From the NCBI GenBank assembly GCA_002633005.1, contig NMRA01000850.1, positions 1-55,525 on the forward strand: DNA of 55,525 bases, read 5' to 3'. How positions within the stretch are numbered: the first letter of the stretch is position 1; every line of letters starts with the position of its first letter. Of the stretch, positions 25,951 to 38,123 are shown piece by piece. Below the pieces are notes generated by a model. The model was not told the origin of the DNA. It made no database searches and saw nothing but the letters and a program-made list of their open reading frames with translations. Position numbers and translations under genes: made by a program. This DNA is from Phoronis australis. Its lineage: Eukaryota; Animalia; Phoronida.

Positions 25951-28900
25951 ATGGTGACTACTCGTAGCCATGGAAGACTAGAGGAGAATGGTCATGTGAC
26001 TGATCTGACTGGAGGTTTAGAATCACGCAGTAGTCTCCGTGATGTTGTTGTTCTTGGTGCTTGTAGCTCAGCTGGTATAGTGTTCGGCATTGCACTTGAA
26101 AAAGGCAGAGGTATAGTGCCGGTCATTTGTGTCCTTTATGTCGCGCTAAAACTTACTGCAAAGTCATGATACACTGTGTATTTGTTAAACACAATAGATT
26201 TTAAACTAACTACTTGACTTTGAGGGAGATAGAGGCTCTCTCGTTAGCAGGGACGGAATCTGTCTTACTGAGGAGACATGCGCTCCCTGGTGCTTTCTGT
26301 TTTTGGTGAACTTTGGGCCGTTAGAAATTTGGCCTGTTTTGTGACACTTTGTATTTCTTTAATGAATTTGCACAAGAACAGCTGTTGTGAAGAAGCCTGT
26401 TTAAGTGAGAAATGTGGATCTATTGTTCTTTTGTGTAGAGTTGAGCAATTACTGCATCAGTCATTGGGATTTCATGGCAAGTAAATTTGACATAACGTTG
26501 CTGTCTAGAACTGTCCAGTTCTTGTTCTATTGGGCTTCTAAAATGGAATTTATCATAAAAAGTTGGATTAGGATCACTGTGACCCAAAGAAATACAGTAA
26601 AAATTAGTAAAGATACATGCGTAAGGTTTCGGTTCTCTAGTATCTGTTGATGAAAGTTTTAGTAAGATACCGGAAATTGGCCTGCAAGTCATAATGTTAG
26701 ACAAAAGACCACAGAAACGCTTAAACTCCCGTTTACACAGGAAAGCTTTTATACAGGCTACTGTTGTTGTTGTTGTTGTCATCTTTATATTCATTCAGCT
26801 GTATGAAATACCCAGCATATCATCATTTCTTTTGCAGTATTCGAACCTGCTGTGATTCAAGACCAAATGCTCATGAAAAGATTTGTAATGATGAAAATGT
26901 TCCTTTCTGCTGTATCCTCAGGTCAGTTGCCTGGAGTTTTCCTGTACACTGATTAAGTAAAATGATTAAAAAATGGTTAATCAAATTTGTGAATAAGTAA
27001 ATACTGTTTTTAATAAACACCATAAAATTGTTTATATAAACCTTATATTGTCTAGCCTTCATTTAAACATTGTTTTGTGTGTGAGTCGAGTTTATTAGCT
27101 AGAGAAAAACCAGAAACGTGAGTAACTGACACGTGATAGGGATATTGATATACTTGACCTTCAAGTTCACACTAATGACCTCTTCAGCGGACAGAAATCT
27201 TTCAGATCATAATTTAGATAACACAGATCTGCAGTAGACTCTATGACACCTGGTGACAGAAATTGAGAATTTTTTATGCTAGTACCAGTGGACAGTTGAG
27301 AACTACTCGACCATAAAGTTTGTTCAATGATGCATGGAAATAATACAATTTTGTTGTGATAGACTGGTCCAGGTAGCCAGCACAGCTACTAGGGATGGTT
27401 GAAATTCCTGAATACAACAGAATTCTGAAATTCTGTCCAGTGCATCTCACTAATTCAATGAAAGTAGTTCCACTTACAGCCCAAATGCGGGTATCATGTT
27501 TATTGCTCGTACAGCATGATCGGATAATATAGCCTACACTCGAGTTCTGAATAGCTGTAGAAACTGCAGTAATAGTATACATCGGAAATTTTCAGGATCA
27601 CTAGTATTAGAGACAAGAATAATAAGTACAGACTACAGACCCAACATTTTTGCCTCTTGAAAAAATAAATAGTATAGACGTCCATTATTCCTAAGCAGAA
27701 GTGTTCAAGAAGAGGTAGTGCCGTCTCCTCTATCCGCACCTCATGATGTATGTGAAAGACCAGTGTGATTCTAAGAAGCTATCAGAGATAGCACCTGTTG
27801 AATGCATTTGAGTATTAGTGCTAATGCAAGCTCTATTTCAGGTATGTTTTGTCTATCTGCACTCTCCATGATTCCATCAACTCAGAAGAGGCTAATGCGT
27901 GTCATTGGACCTGTTTATCAGTCAGGACTTAGAAATAAGGGCGTTGCTTCAGCTGTGATTGGCGCGGCTGTTCTCGGATCAGGGATGACATTAGCTGGAG
28001 CTGTAAGTTTTGTTGAGTGGTGACCACCCAAGTGGAGGGACTATCCTGGTATTTTTGTATACCCTCCAAAGTGGCCATTTTTCTTTTACAAATATAGCTT
28101 GGAAATGTGTATTCCTTTAATCTTTGACTTTCTGAAGATAGTGTTATACATTATGTTCGAAAATTTGTACTGTCGGTCTACAAGTTAAAGCAATCTACTT
28201 GGTAGTAAGTGAATTTGCCAATCTGTTTTTGAAATAGCTAAATTTTGAAATAGCTGCGCTGTGTTGAAATTCACTATACTGTCAGATGGCGATTAGGCAA
28301 TCAGCGCCACCTTCAGATCCCATGTTATGTGACCTACTGGTATAAGCAGTGCTTTAACACTTTTCTTACTGTCATAATACCGGACCATTTCCACTGAAAT
28401 ATGGTGGGTTGTACTACTGGCTAACGGAAATAAGGCAAACCTCTTGAAATATCCATATTAGTGAACTGACTGTGGGATTTAGTCCTCTGTTTTTAGATTA
28501 ATGAACCACTACGTAATAATTGAATTTTTGTCCTCTGAACCTGAGTTGGGATCGAGCGGAGGTCGCTTTCTTGCTCTCATTACTCTAGTGAGAGTGTCAA
28601 TATGAAAAGTCCGCAGGTTTAAAACCTGTTGCAGTGCCATCTTTGTTTACCATTGTTTTGGTCCATGTTTTGGAGTGGAATCCAATTTTTAATACAGAGT
28701 TGATATTTATGATTACATTAAGGAAAACCATGGACTTATGGAGATAATTGATTACTTCAACAGGAATATTCACAGCAGGAAACAGGACTTATTTGAGGTG
28801 TGCAATTTCACTTCAAACAAAATTAGCAGTGCATAAACCTGTGAAGAAATGTTAACTTTACCTTTAAAGATGGCCAGTGGTGAAGTTGTCTGCTGCCACT

Positions 28901-31900
28901 GCATTCTCAGTGGGCATTCATTATGTCTACAACCAAAAATTGTGAAACAAGGCTTGAAACATGCCACCTTCTATTTCCCATCTAGTGCCCTGGAATGGTT
29001 CTCGCACAAGTTGGTTCAGGAACACAAAATGCTTTATACACATTCGGTGGTGGTCTGCTGGGTGCTGCCCTCTATGGCCTGGTTGAACCAACGATAACTC
29101 AACTGCTAAAACCAAGAAAACCAATCAGCTGTTACAGGTACGTACAGTATACAATTTGTGAAGTGCAGCTACCAACCAGCCTTTATTTCATGATGGTGTT
29201 TCCAAGGCTGCTGGGTCTCTAACCCCATGATGCGCCATCTTTGAAAATCATTGTTTTGGTTCGTGTTTTGGAGTAGAATCCTTTGTTTTGTTTTATTAAT
29301 ATAGGAAGTTAATTGGTCCTAATTACGCATAATTAAACCAAAGATTGCTTGAACAAGAAGATTCACCTTTTTAACTTGATTTATTCCCAACCAGTTTGAA
29401 GTTTGCGATTTCGGCTTGACCCTGCTGGATGTACTTTTAATAGTTCCCACCATGATCTCAAGCGCGTAAATACAACGTAAAGCGAGTTTTATGTGTTGTT
29501 ATACGGCAAACAAGGTTATCTTAAGTAGTTTTAATCAAGAAATGATGTGAAAATTTTAAGATAAATTATTCGTTATGTCATGGGTGGAAGACATCTCCAG
29601 CAGTCTGTTGAGTAGCTGTAACAGAGTTGAATGAGTTTTGAAGAAATGTTTGTAGAATTCATTCAGCGAGGACTCTGTGTGCATCTACGTATGTCTGAAA
29701 TATTCTGTTCTTCCCCAAAAAAATTACCGATTAGTATTTCGCATGTACCTAAGTTTCACATGTAGATGCAGTGTTCAACTGGTTGTCTTCTGTACATATT
29801 TGGTCTATTTTTAGAATCATTCGGTGGTCATTGTTAAGTTGAATACTCACCAACATTCACCTGTTTGGAACAGAATAGTCGAATTTCACTTACATGCTGT
29901 TTAAAAAATTCCCAGTTCTCGAATTTACTCTTTAGTGTTTACGTAATTAATGCTCTTGTGCTTAATTCTGAATCTCAGTGCAGGTATGCATTTAGGCGCT
30001 TGGGCGTAATTCGCACATATCCAGGATGATACTGGTATTTCCGTAATTGTAACAATTCTTATAATTTCAATTTAACACTATTTCAGTTTGCAGTCCTACC
30101 TACAAACACCGTACAGTATAATCTCACTTCCTGTGGCCTCAGTTTTCGCTATTGTGGTTTTTGGTCTGGAACTGATGGTGCCATGGAAATCTGAAGTAAG
30201 TGCTTTAATCTCACTGGTTTTTTAAGCTGGAACTTGCGTTCAGATTCAGGCGCTCTCATCAATAGCGTTCTTTTCTCGGGCACTGCTATTCTGCTCTGAT
30301 GAATATTTTGTTTCTGACGAATCTTAGTTGTGCTCACAGAGACTTTGCTATGCTCATCTCATGCTACATAATATCAAACACATGCAACTCGTGCTTCCTG
30401 CCAGATAGTGATTAGAACTGGTGTTTGTGAGAAAAGAAATACTAGCCGATTTGCAGTACATGAGAAAACAAGTGTAGCTTGTGATGAAAGAGTTACCAGT
30501 TGAGAAATAGTGTGCAGTGCCTCATGATGTATTTTTAATTAGCTCTCACAGGTTGTCATTGGCAGCAGTTCAAACTTCTTATCGATGCAAGCCTGGTCGC
30601 CAGCCATCGCCGGGATAATCATTGGTGCGCTACAGATTCCCATAGTCCTCCTTGTGGGCGACACCTTGGGCGGTAGCAGCAGCTACTGCACTCTGGTGTC
30701 ACTCCCTCTAGTCACAAGATCTCTGCAGAAGTTGTCTCCTTACCTCACAAACTTCAGGTCCGGTATTGCCAACTGGTGGCAGGTAATTCAAGTAAATTGA
30801 GACATAATAATTAGAGACTTGGTGCATATTGCATGATGCTGGACACTTGCAAGACACTTGCTGCAGGAAAGCTTGCCTTGTGACATGGAAATGGTGTGTT
30901 TACATACATTTTTCCTGTAGCTCAACATTGTATCATCGTCCATCAGTCACTTCAGTGATGGCCATATTGTTGGTATATACTAGGACGATCGTGTGCTGAT
31001 TTGTTCAACATAATTCTTTCACTAGCTTGATCTTGCGTTCTCATGCCAAACTAGCAAGACTCCAAGCCATGCGTAACGCACCAGGGACAATCATGTACTC
31101 GGTTAAAACTGAACCACGACATGTGTAGTGATGTGCGCTGATGTGCTACTGAAACTATTGGAGACTTTATTCCATTTTCTTAAAAGAACCCTAATCTGCC
31201 TGTTGGTTTGCATCAAGGTCTGGGGTGAAATTAGTTCGTTAAGGTTGGAAGGAGGGGAATCGGTCCTGTAAATCGATCCTTTTTTATACGCCCACATATT
31301 TATATGTGGTCGCATATTGCCGTCATCTCTGTCTGTCCGGGCGCCCGTCGTCCGACGTCTGCAGCTGTATCTCCTACACCCCTCACAGGATCTTGATGAG
31401 ATTTGGCAGTTGTGTTCCTATGAAGCTCAAAACTGATGACTACGAATTTCGGTCCTCTCCGACTAGCGGTGTGCCGCCTAGTGGCAATTTTAGTTTTTTA
31501 CGCTTACCTCTGTATTTTCTGAAGTCCTCAACGTATTTTCAAAAATTTTGGAATATGGGCATCTATTGGTGAGGCGAAACTATCCTCTTGTTTTCGGATA
31601 GATTCGACGTAGTTTGCGCCACCTAGTGGCCATTTTTACTGTTTTCGAGTCTGCTTTTTGGCGTCCACCCCTCTATCAATCAAACTGCTCTAAGGATGAT
31701 TGTGAAAATTGGCATGTATATTCTTACCATCAAGAGGATGGTTGACGATGATTTTCCGACGACTTCGGCTACTGTGGCACCTCCTAGTGGCAGTTTTGGT
31801 TTTTGCGCCCATGGCTATATCTCCTAAGTGTATTTATATGATGGTGGCATCGGACAGAGACGACTTTCGCACGGAATCAAATAACCAGTGTGCTCCCTAG

Positions 31901-34900
31901 TGGCAATTTTAGTTTTTTACGTTTACCTTTGTACCTTCAAGGGTCCTCAACATATTTTCATAAAATTTGGAATATAGGCACCTATTGGTGAGATGACGCT
32001 ATCCTTGCATTTCTGGATACATTCTAGGTATTTTGCGCTATCTGGTGGTTATTTTTTTACTGTTTTCGAGTCTGTATTTTGGCGTCCACCCCTCTATCAA
32101 CCAAACCATTCTAAGAATGATTTTGAAAATTAGCGTGTACTGAGTGTAAAGAGGTTGGTTATGCTGACAACTTTGGTTACTGTGGCACCTCCTAGACAAC
32201 TTTTCAGATGGAGTGGATGTGTTGTGCCATCTAGTGGGAATTTTCATGATAGAAATGAACAACTCTAGAAGCACATCGTTTGCGGTGCATTCGTGGGCGT
32301 ATTTCAACGCTCTGCGTTGCTCTTGTTCCTTGATTTGCAGTGAATTTCAATGCATCAGGAAATGATAATTTAATTATATGTTAATTATATATTCATTACT
32401 GTTCAATAATTAGAATACAAACAGGCAAACACTGATCATGTGCAATTTGTTCCAAGAAATGATACACCAATCTGACAAAACTAAGTTCTGCCTTTTCTTT
32501 GTTAAAATCAGTAATATGGTAAATTGTACCCACATTTTTCAAGCCACTCTTTATTTCCTTTGACTGCATTCGTTTTCAGGTATGCTACATAGGTGGTGCC
32601 ATTGTTGGTGGCGGTCTGTCAGCGCAGTTGTCCGGCACGTGGGGTACAGTTCCAGGCGTGTCCCCTGCCTTGGGCATGTTGGGAGGGTTTCTGATGATTA
32701 CAGGTGCAAGGATAGCTGGGGGTTGTACCAGGTATACTTCTTCTGCTGAACACTTCGGTTTTAAAAATGTCAACAGCCAGTATTTCTTCTTAAAAAGTTT
32801 AATTTGAAAGTTGTATTAGCAACGAAACATAAGAGGAGGTGGAAGGTGTGGAGAGACTCTTGCATATGAGTGGCAACCATCTCTTGCAGGTATCTTTTCA
32901 GTGGTATTTTGCCCCCCACCCGATATTGTCTCTGGTGGGCATATTGCCCTCTTGACTGTATCGTCTTCAATGGTTGTTGTAGTTTGTCATGTTGGTAATA
33001 GAGGGCGTGATGACCGTAGGGATCACTTGGTATTGTATTGGGTACCCATTTTTATGCGGCCACATATTTATATGTGGATGCATTATGCTGTCATCTCCAT
33101 CCGTGCGGCGTCCGTCTGTCCGGCATCCGCTGCTCTATCTCCAAAACCCTTTGACATACGTTCATGAAATTTGGCACATATGTTCCATTCATGAATGGGA
33201 CATCATGAGTGAACTTTCGGACGGATCTGACTACCGATGTGCCCCCTAGTGACAATTTTGGTTTTTTACGCTTACCTTTGTATCTTCAAAAGTCCTTAAC
33301 AGATTTTCGTGAAATTTGGTATGTAGGCACCTATTAGTAAGATGACGCTATCGTCCTGTTTTCGGATGGATTTGACATAGTTTGCGCCACCTAGTGGCCA
33401 TTTTACTGTTTTCGAGTCTGTTTTTTGCATCCACCCCTCTATCAACCAAACCGCTCAAAGGATGATTGTGAAAATTGGCATGTATGTGCTTACTATAAAG
33501 AGGACGCTTGACAATGATTTTCCGATGATTTCAACTACTGTGGCGCCTCCTAGTGGCAGTTTTGTTTTTTTGCGCAGGATCTTTACTTAATGTAGCAAGT
33601 GTATTTATATGATGTTGACTACGGATGACGACGACTTTCGGACAGATCTGACTACTGCTGTGCCCCCTAGTGGCAATTTTATTTTTTTACGTTTAATGTG
33701 TATCTTCAAAGGTACTCAACAGATTTTCATGAAATTTTAAATATAGGCATCTATTGCTGTGGTGACGCTATCTTTCTGTTTTTGGATGGAATCGAGGTAT
33801 TTTGCACCACCTAGTGGCCATTTTTGCTGTTTTCAAATCTTGTTTTTGGCTTCCACCCCTGTATCAACCAAATCATTTGAAAATTGGCATACATGTTCTC
33901 AGTGACGAAGACGACCTTTGATGATGGTGACTCACTACTGTGGTGCCTCCTAGTGGTAGTTTTGTTTTGCGCCCATAGTTGTATCTCTTAAACCCACTGC
34001 AGGATCTTTACTAAATTTAGTAAGTGTATTTATATGAAGATAACAACAGACGACGACGACTTTCAGGTGGATCCAACGGACACTCTGTCCACTAGTGGCA
34101 ATTTCATTTTATTCTTTGTTTCTCTGAAGTTCCTTGACAGATTTTTATGAAATATGGCATGTTCCTGTTTTTGGATGGATTGTTTGTTTTTGCGCCATCT
34201 AGTGGCCATTTTTATGATACAAATAAATAACCCTAAAAGCACACCATTTGCAATGCATTTGTGGGCGCATTTCAACGCTCCGCGTTGCTCTTGTCACAGT
34301 TGCTGGCAGATAATTGCTTTTGGATTTTGAACGTTGACAGAACTTTCCTACCCATTATGTGGAAGAGAATTCAAGTTTAGGTAGATGGATGCTTCCCCAG
34401 TTTGCAAATACATTTATTCAGTTATTGTTTTGGGTGCATATCGTCACCTTTTTAGGCCATATTTTAAGTTCCGTCCGTTCTGTGCATAGCCCGCAATGAT
34501 GGTAAAAAAGCTAGTGAAGATCAACTTTATAGCAGTACATGTTTATTATTTGTAATGACATGGACGCATCACAGAATGCAATACAAACCAAATAGACTTT
34601 GTGCGCAATACATCCCCAGCCTCTTGGGTGTACAAGTTTCCTGATAACAATTAAAATGCAATAAGTAGTCTAATTCAAGCGTTGATATTCTTGTTGTCAA
34701 AAATGATGTGTTAGACCTTTAACTTGTCGAGTTCATCACAACTGTGCTAGGAATGATAAGCAATAGCTTCACTCATGTCTTGTTGTACTTTGCCTGTGAA
34801 TTGTAGTGGCTGATTTTGAACTACAAAAATACCATGAGCAGTATGGGTTTAAGCACGTCTTCCTTCTTCTAGTGGACATGGACTCTCTGGGATCGGCGCT

Positions 34901-34990
34901 TTGCAGTTGCTGTCGTTTGCCGCAGTGCCTGCCATGTTTGCTGGTGCGATGGGAATGGCTTTTGCACTGGACAAGTTTGGAGTCATCTAA
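25951..34990 (+). CDS. YeeE/YedE (Sulf_transp) family, thiosulfate transporter TsuA-like membrane protein, 388 aa, 8 coding exons
   Basis: Exons 25951-26110, 26838-26921, 27842-28002, 28986-29137, 30087-30195, 30552-30782, 32580-32731, 34873-34990 (1167 nt; all GT-AG; phases consistent; no internal stops). Motifs: GIVFGIALEKGRVFEP, GMTLAGACPGMVLAQ, LGGSSSY, GARIAGGCTSGHGLSG. A probable upstream UTR exon ends at the GTAAGT donor at 25492. Confidence 0.9.
31281..32327 (+). mobile_element. Helentron-associated non-autonomous element (HINE/DINE-1-like), copy 1
   Basis: Begins in a T-run. The 5' subTIR atacgcccac (31286) has an adjacent palindrome ccacatatttatatgtgg, followed by a GTCC/GTCT microsatellite-like tract and tandem units of about 420 bp. 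The 3' subTIR gtgggcgtat (32293), the hairpin caacgc-tct-gcgttg and the ctcttgtt end follow. Confidence 0.8.
33049..34294 (+). mobile_element. HINE/DINE-1-like element, copy 2
   Basis: Same 5' palindrome (cacatatttatatgtg), CGTC/GTCC tract, about 2.5 units of roughly 420 bp (starting near 33210, 33630, 34055) and the 3' end gtgggcgcatttcaacgctccgcgttgctcttgt. Confidence 0.8.
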
Positions 34991-35116
34991 ATGGTGACCA
35001 ACGTCTGCACTGAAGAAGCACTTGATGATGCAAGGATGTTCTTGGAAGTCATCAATATTTGAGATGCACATTTTTCTTATGGTCCTGGAAGCCGCATTAT
35101 TTATTTTTTCCTAACA

Positions 35117-35481
35117 TTTTTTACACCCACATATATATGTGGTTGCATATTATCTGCTCAAAAACCACTGGTTTTTATGAAACTTGGCACAAGGGTGTAG
35201 GGCATCACTAGAACGATTCATGCCACTTTTCAGTGTGCTTGCCCCCCAGAAGGATGTGGCTTTTTCATTTTTTGGGGGAAGAGTATTTGCAGACGATATC
35301 TAGAGAATGAATTGACCGATGTCTAGGAAACTTGGGTTAGAGGTGTGTGATGACAATGCCCCAGCACCATTTGACCTTTGGGCTCATTTGACTATTGCAT
35401 CACCTCCTATTGGCCCCTAAAGACATATCGTTTGCGATGCACTGTGGGCGCTTGTCAGCGCCCCAGCGTTGCTCTGCTTGT
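35117..35481 (+). mobile_element. Short or diverged HINE-like copy 3, just 3' of the TsuA-like stop codon
   Basis: 5' ttttttacacccacatatatatgtggttgcatat and 3' gtgggcgcttgtcagcgccccagcgttgctct match the termini of copies 1 and 2. Confidence 0.6.
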
Positions 35482-35838
35482 GTATGATTTTTTCAAGCTA
35501 ACTTTTCATTCCAGTCTGGTCTTATTGTTGTTATTCGCTTGACCGGTTGCTTAATTAATTACTTGACTAATTATTTGCTTAGAAAAACTAGTTATTGTAT
35601 TCATGTAAATGACTCAGTCTTGCAAAATAACATGAATTTGTTATAATTTGTGGTATTTGTTTTGTTCAGTCCTTGAGAGGCCTGTCTGCCAGAATGACCT
35701 GTAATACAACCAAACACCATTCACTTGAGTGATATCCCAGCAAGTGTTAGCAGTGCTCCGCTTATCTAGTCTTATTTTTCCTCACCTTTTTACCATAAAT
35801 GCATATAAAGGGACATATCTGTTTTACGCTGAAAAACG

Positions 35839-35947
35839 CATTTTGCGCCATCTAGTGGCCATTTTTATGATAGAAATAAAGAGCCCTAGAAGCACACTGT
35901 TTGCGGTGCATTCGTGGGCGCATTTCAACGTTCTGCGTTGCTCTTGT
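35839..35947 (+). mobile_element. 3' fragment of the same HINE family (copy 4)
   Basis: tgcgccatctagtggccatttttatgatagaaat...gtgggcgcatttcaacgttctgcgttgctcttgtt matches the last roughly 110 bp of copies 1 and 2. Confidence 0.75.
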
Positions 35948-37691
35948 TATAATGGTGTTTATTTTGTGGAACTTTACATTTTTGTAAAAAATATAGATGT
36001 TCCAATTTTGATATCACCATTTTTGAAAAAAATTCCTAAGAGCGATATGCAGAACGGTACAAAAACTTGAGCATCTTGAAATTCCATCGGAATCTGACCT
36101 GGTTGGGATGTGAGGTTCTTAAATTTGCCGAATTTTGTAATTGTGTGGGGTTGTTTGAAATAACCAGCTGAAGGTTTAGAAGCAGAGCCCTCACAAGTCA
36201 GAGACTACTGGTCTTTTATTTTCTTGCCACCATCTCACACTGTTCTCTCTCCCAAATGTTCGTATTGTTGTCGTAACCACAACCGTCATCAGGAGTCTCT
36301 TCATAATCCAGACCACGTTCCTAGAGAAACAAAATAGGGTAAAATTGTTTTCACGTGTAACTTTGCCCAAAATTAAGCTAACGTTAGCCAAGTTTGGACA
36401 TTTTCTAAGGTCGTATCCTATGTAAACTCAAAGGCCTCAGCCTGTGCTGATCTGCAATAAAATGGAAACGTCACAAAATAATACTATCTGAATACCCTCC
36501 CTATAGTCATTTAGAAAGAGTCTGAACCAGGCGTGCGTTCCGTAGACGCAGGAACCTCGCGAAAACAAGATCTCTCGGGATGTTGCGATGTAGTACAGCC
36601 AAGCGAAGCACGTCTGCACACTATGTCTTCTTTGGCGAGATTCTTACCAAATAAGGAATCTAGAATCATCTTAAAATAAAATGAGACGCCTGAAACATTT
36701 CTTGATGACCGCACAAAAGCAAACAGAACGTTCATTTTACTTCAGTCATTGTGAGAGACATTGTGCGACTCTCGGGTACGTCGGTGGTTCACGACAATCA
36801 GAAACACTAAGGCCCGTTTTGAGAGGTATTGAGATTTTTTCTCTCATGATAGACCTACCTGCAAAACATCATTTTCATATCCACAGCATCTATTGAATTT
36901 GCTCCTGCATCTTTGCGGAAAACAGCAACAAAATTTGTCGTAAAGTGATACGAGATAAGCGGGATTGACCTTGTTTGATAAACCTGAAAAAACGAAAGCA
37001 AAAAGCTGGGAGAGTTCACAATTTTTCTATTGATATCTCATTGGCGAAATTTTATCCAGCGAAAGTTTTAATGTACTTTCTGTATACATATTTAAAATTT
37101 TCAAAATACTTTCGTCCATATCAAAATTTTGTGTCCGATAAAAATATTATTTTTAAGGAAATTGTCATCGACTTGTATAATATTAGAGAACTACTTCCAT
37201 GATAAATAGCAACTTCAAGGTTATTGTGAAAGTCATATTTTAGTTCGACCACACTGGAAGATAAATTGTGTCTACTTGTAAATACCACGAAGACCCCACA
37301 AGCCATCGTTATAGAAAGAGAAAACGGAAAAAATTCAAAACACTTTTCAGAATCAAATTGAAGTTCAAAACATTCTTTCAGTGTGCAGGACCATAAAAAT
37401 ATCGTTACAAAACCAGCACTTTCACTTCATATAACACTATGTGATACTCATAGATTCATAAACAGCTCCTCAGTAGTATTTCGTACCATACTATAAGAAC
37501 GAATCATGCGCCAGCAAAATTTTAATCTACTAATAATCATGCAAGGAGCATTTTTCTTACCATTCAGGAGCACGTGAACATCCAGGAGCATGTGAACCCT
37601 CACAGTAATGACGAAGGCTTAGTATTGAGCAACGCCTCGCCAATATTCTGCACATTCTGTTTAAATGCGATGAAATATTTGTAGTCACCAG

Positions 37692-38123
37692 TGCCCGGTT
37701 GCATGAAACAGTCCCAAATAGTTACTGAACTAAGTTTACTATTTTTTGCCTATTTGTGTCTTTCTTTACAGACAGATGAAATCATTTTGTATCATTTCAT
37801 TTTCATTATGAGCCCCTCTTTGATTAACGACATTTTTTAATAATGGAACTAAAAACTGCCCTGAATTCAATGAAAACAAATAGGGACTAAGACCTTAAGT
37901 TAGGAGCGTTGTATGAAAAGATTTCTTTTTATTTTCGATAAAATTTAGAATTCAACGTCGAGTTCACCCTCGATTTGTATCAAAGCCAAGGCTGACTTAC
38001 ATAGTAATGAATCTAAAACAGCACAAGAAATGATTAACAGTGTTTTCACAAGTCTGCAAACACCCAGTAAACTTAGGGAACTTAGTCGAGTCCCTATTGG
38101 GGACTGTTTCATGCACCCGGGCA
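37692..38123. mobile_element. PIF/Harbinger-type MITE with CAG TSD
   Basis: 30-bp TIR tgcccggttgcatgaaacagtcccaaatag and ctattggggactgtttcatgcacccgggca (2 mismatches), with CAG on both sides. CWG target duplication is known for animal Harbinger elements. Confidence 0.8.

Noticed and set aside
28634-29290. Two direct repeats of about 55 bp flanking TsuA-like exon 4
   Set aside because: Short diverged fragments of an interspersed repeat; no sign of exon duplication.
31281-34294. Regularly spaced short conserved motifs that superficially resemble a CRISPR array
   Set aside because: The intervening sequences are themselves repeated with a period of about 420 bp, lie inside a eukaryotic transposon, and there are no cas genes.
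25951-34990. Bacterial contamination or very recent HGT as the source of the YeeE/YedE gene
   Set aside because: It has seven canonical spliceosomal introns containing host transposons and has animal gene neighbours.
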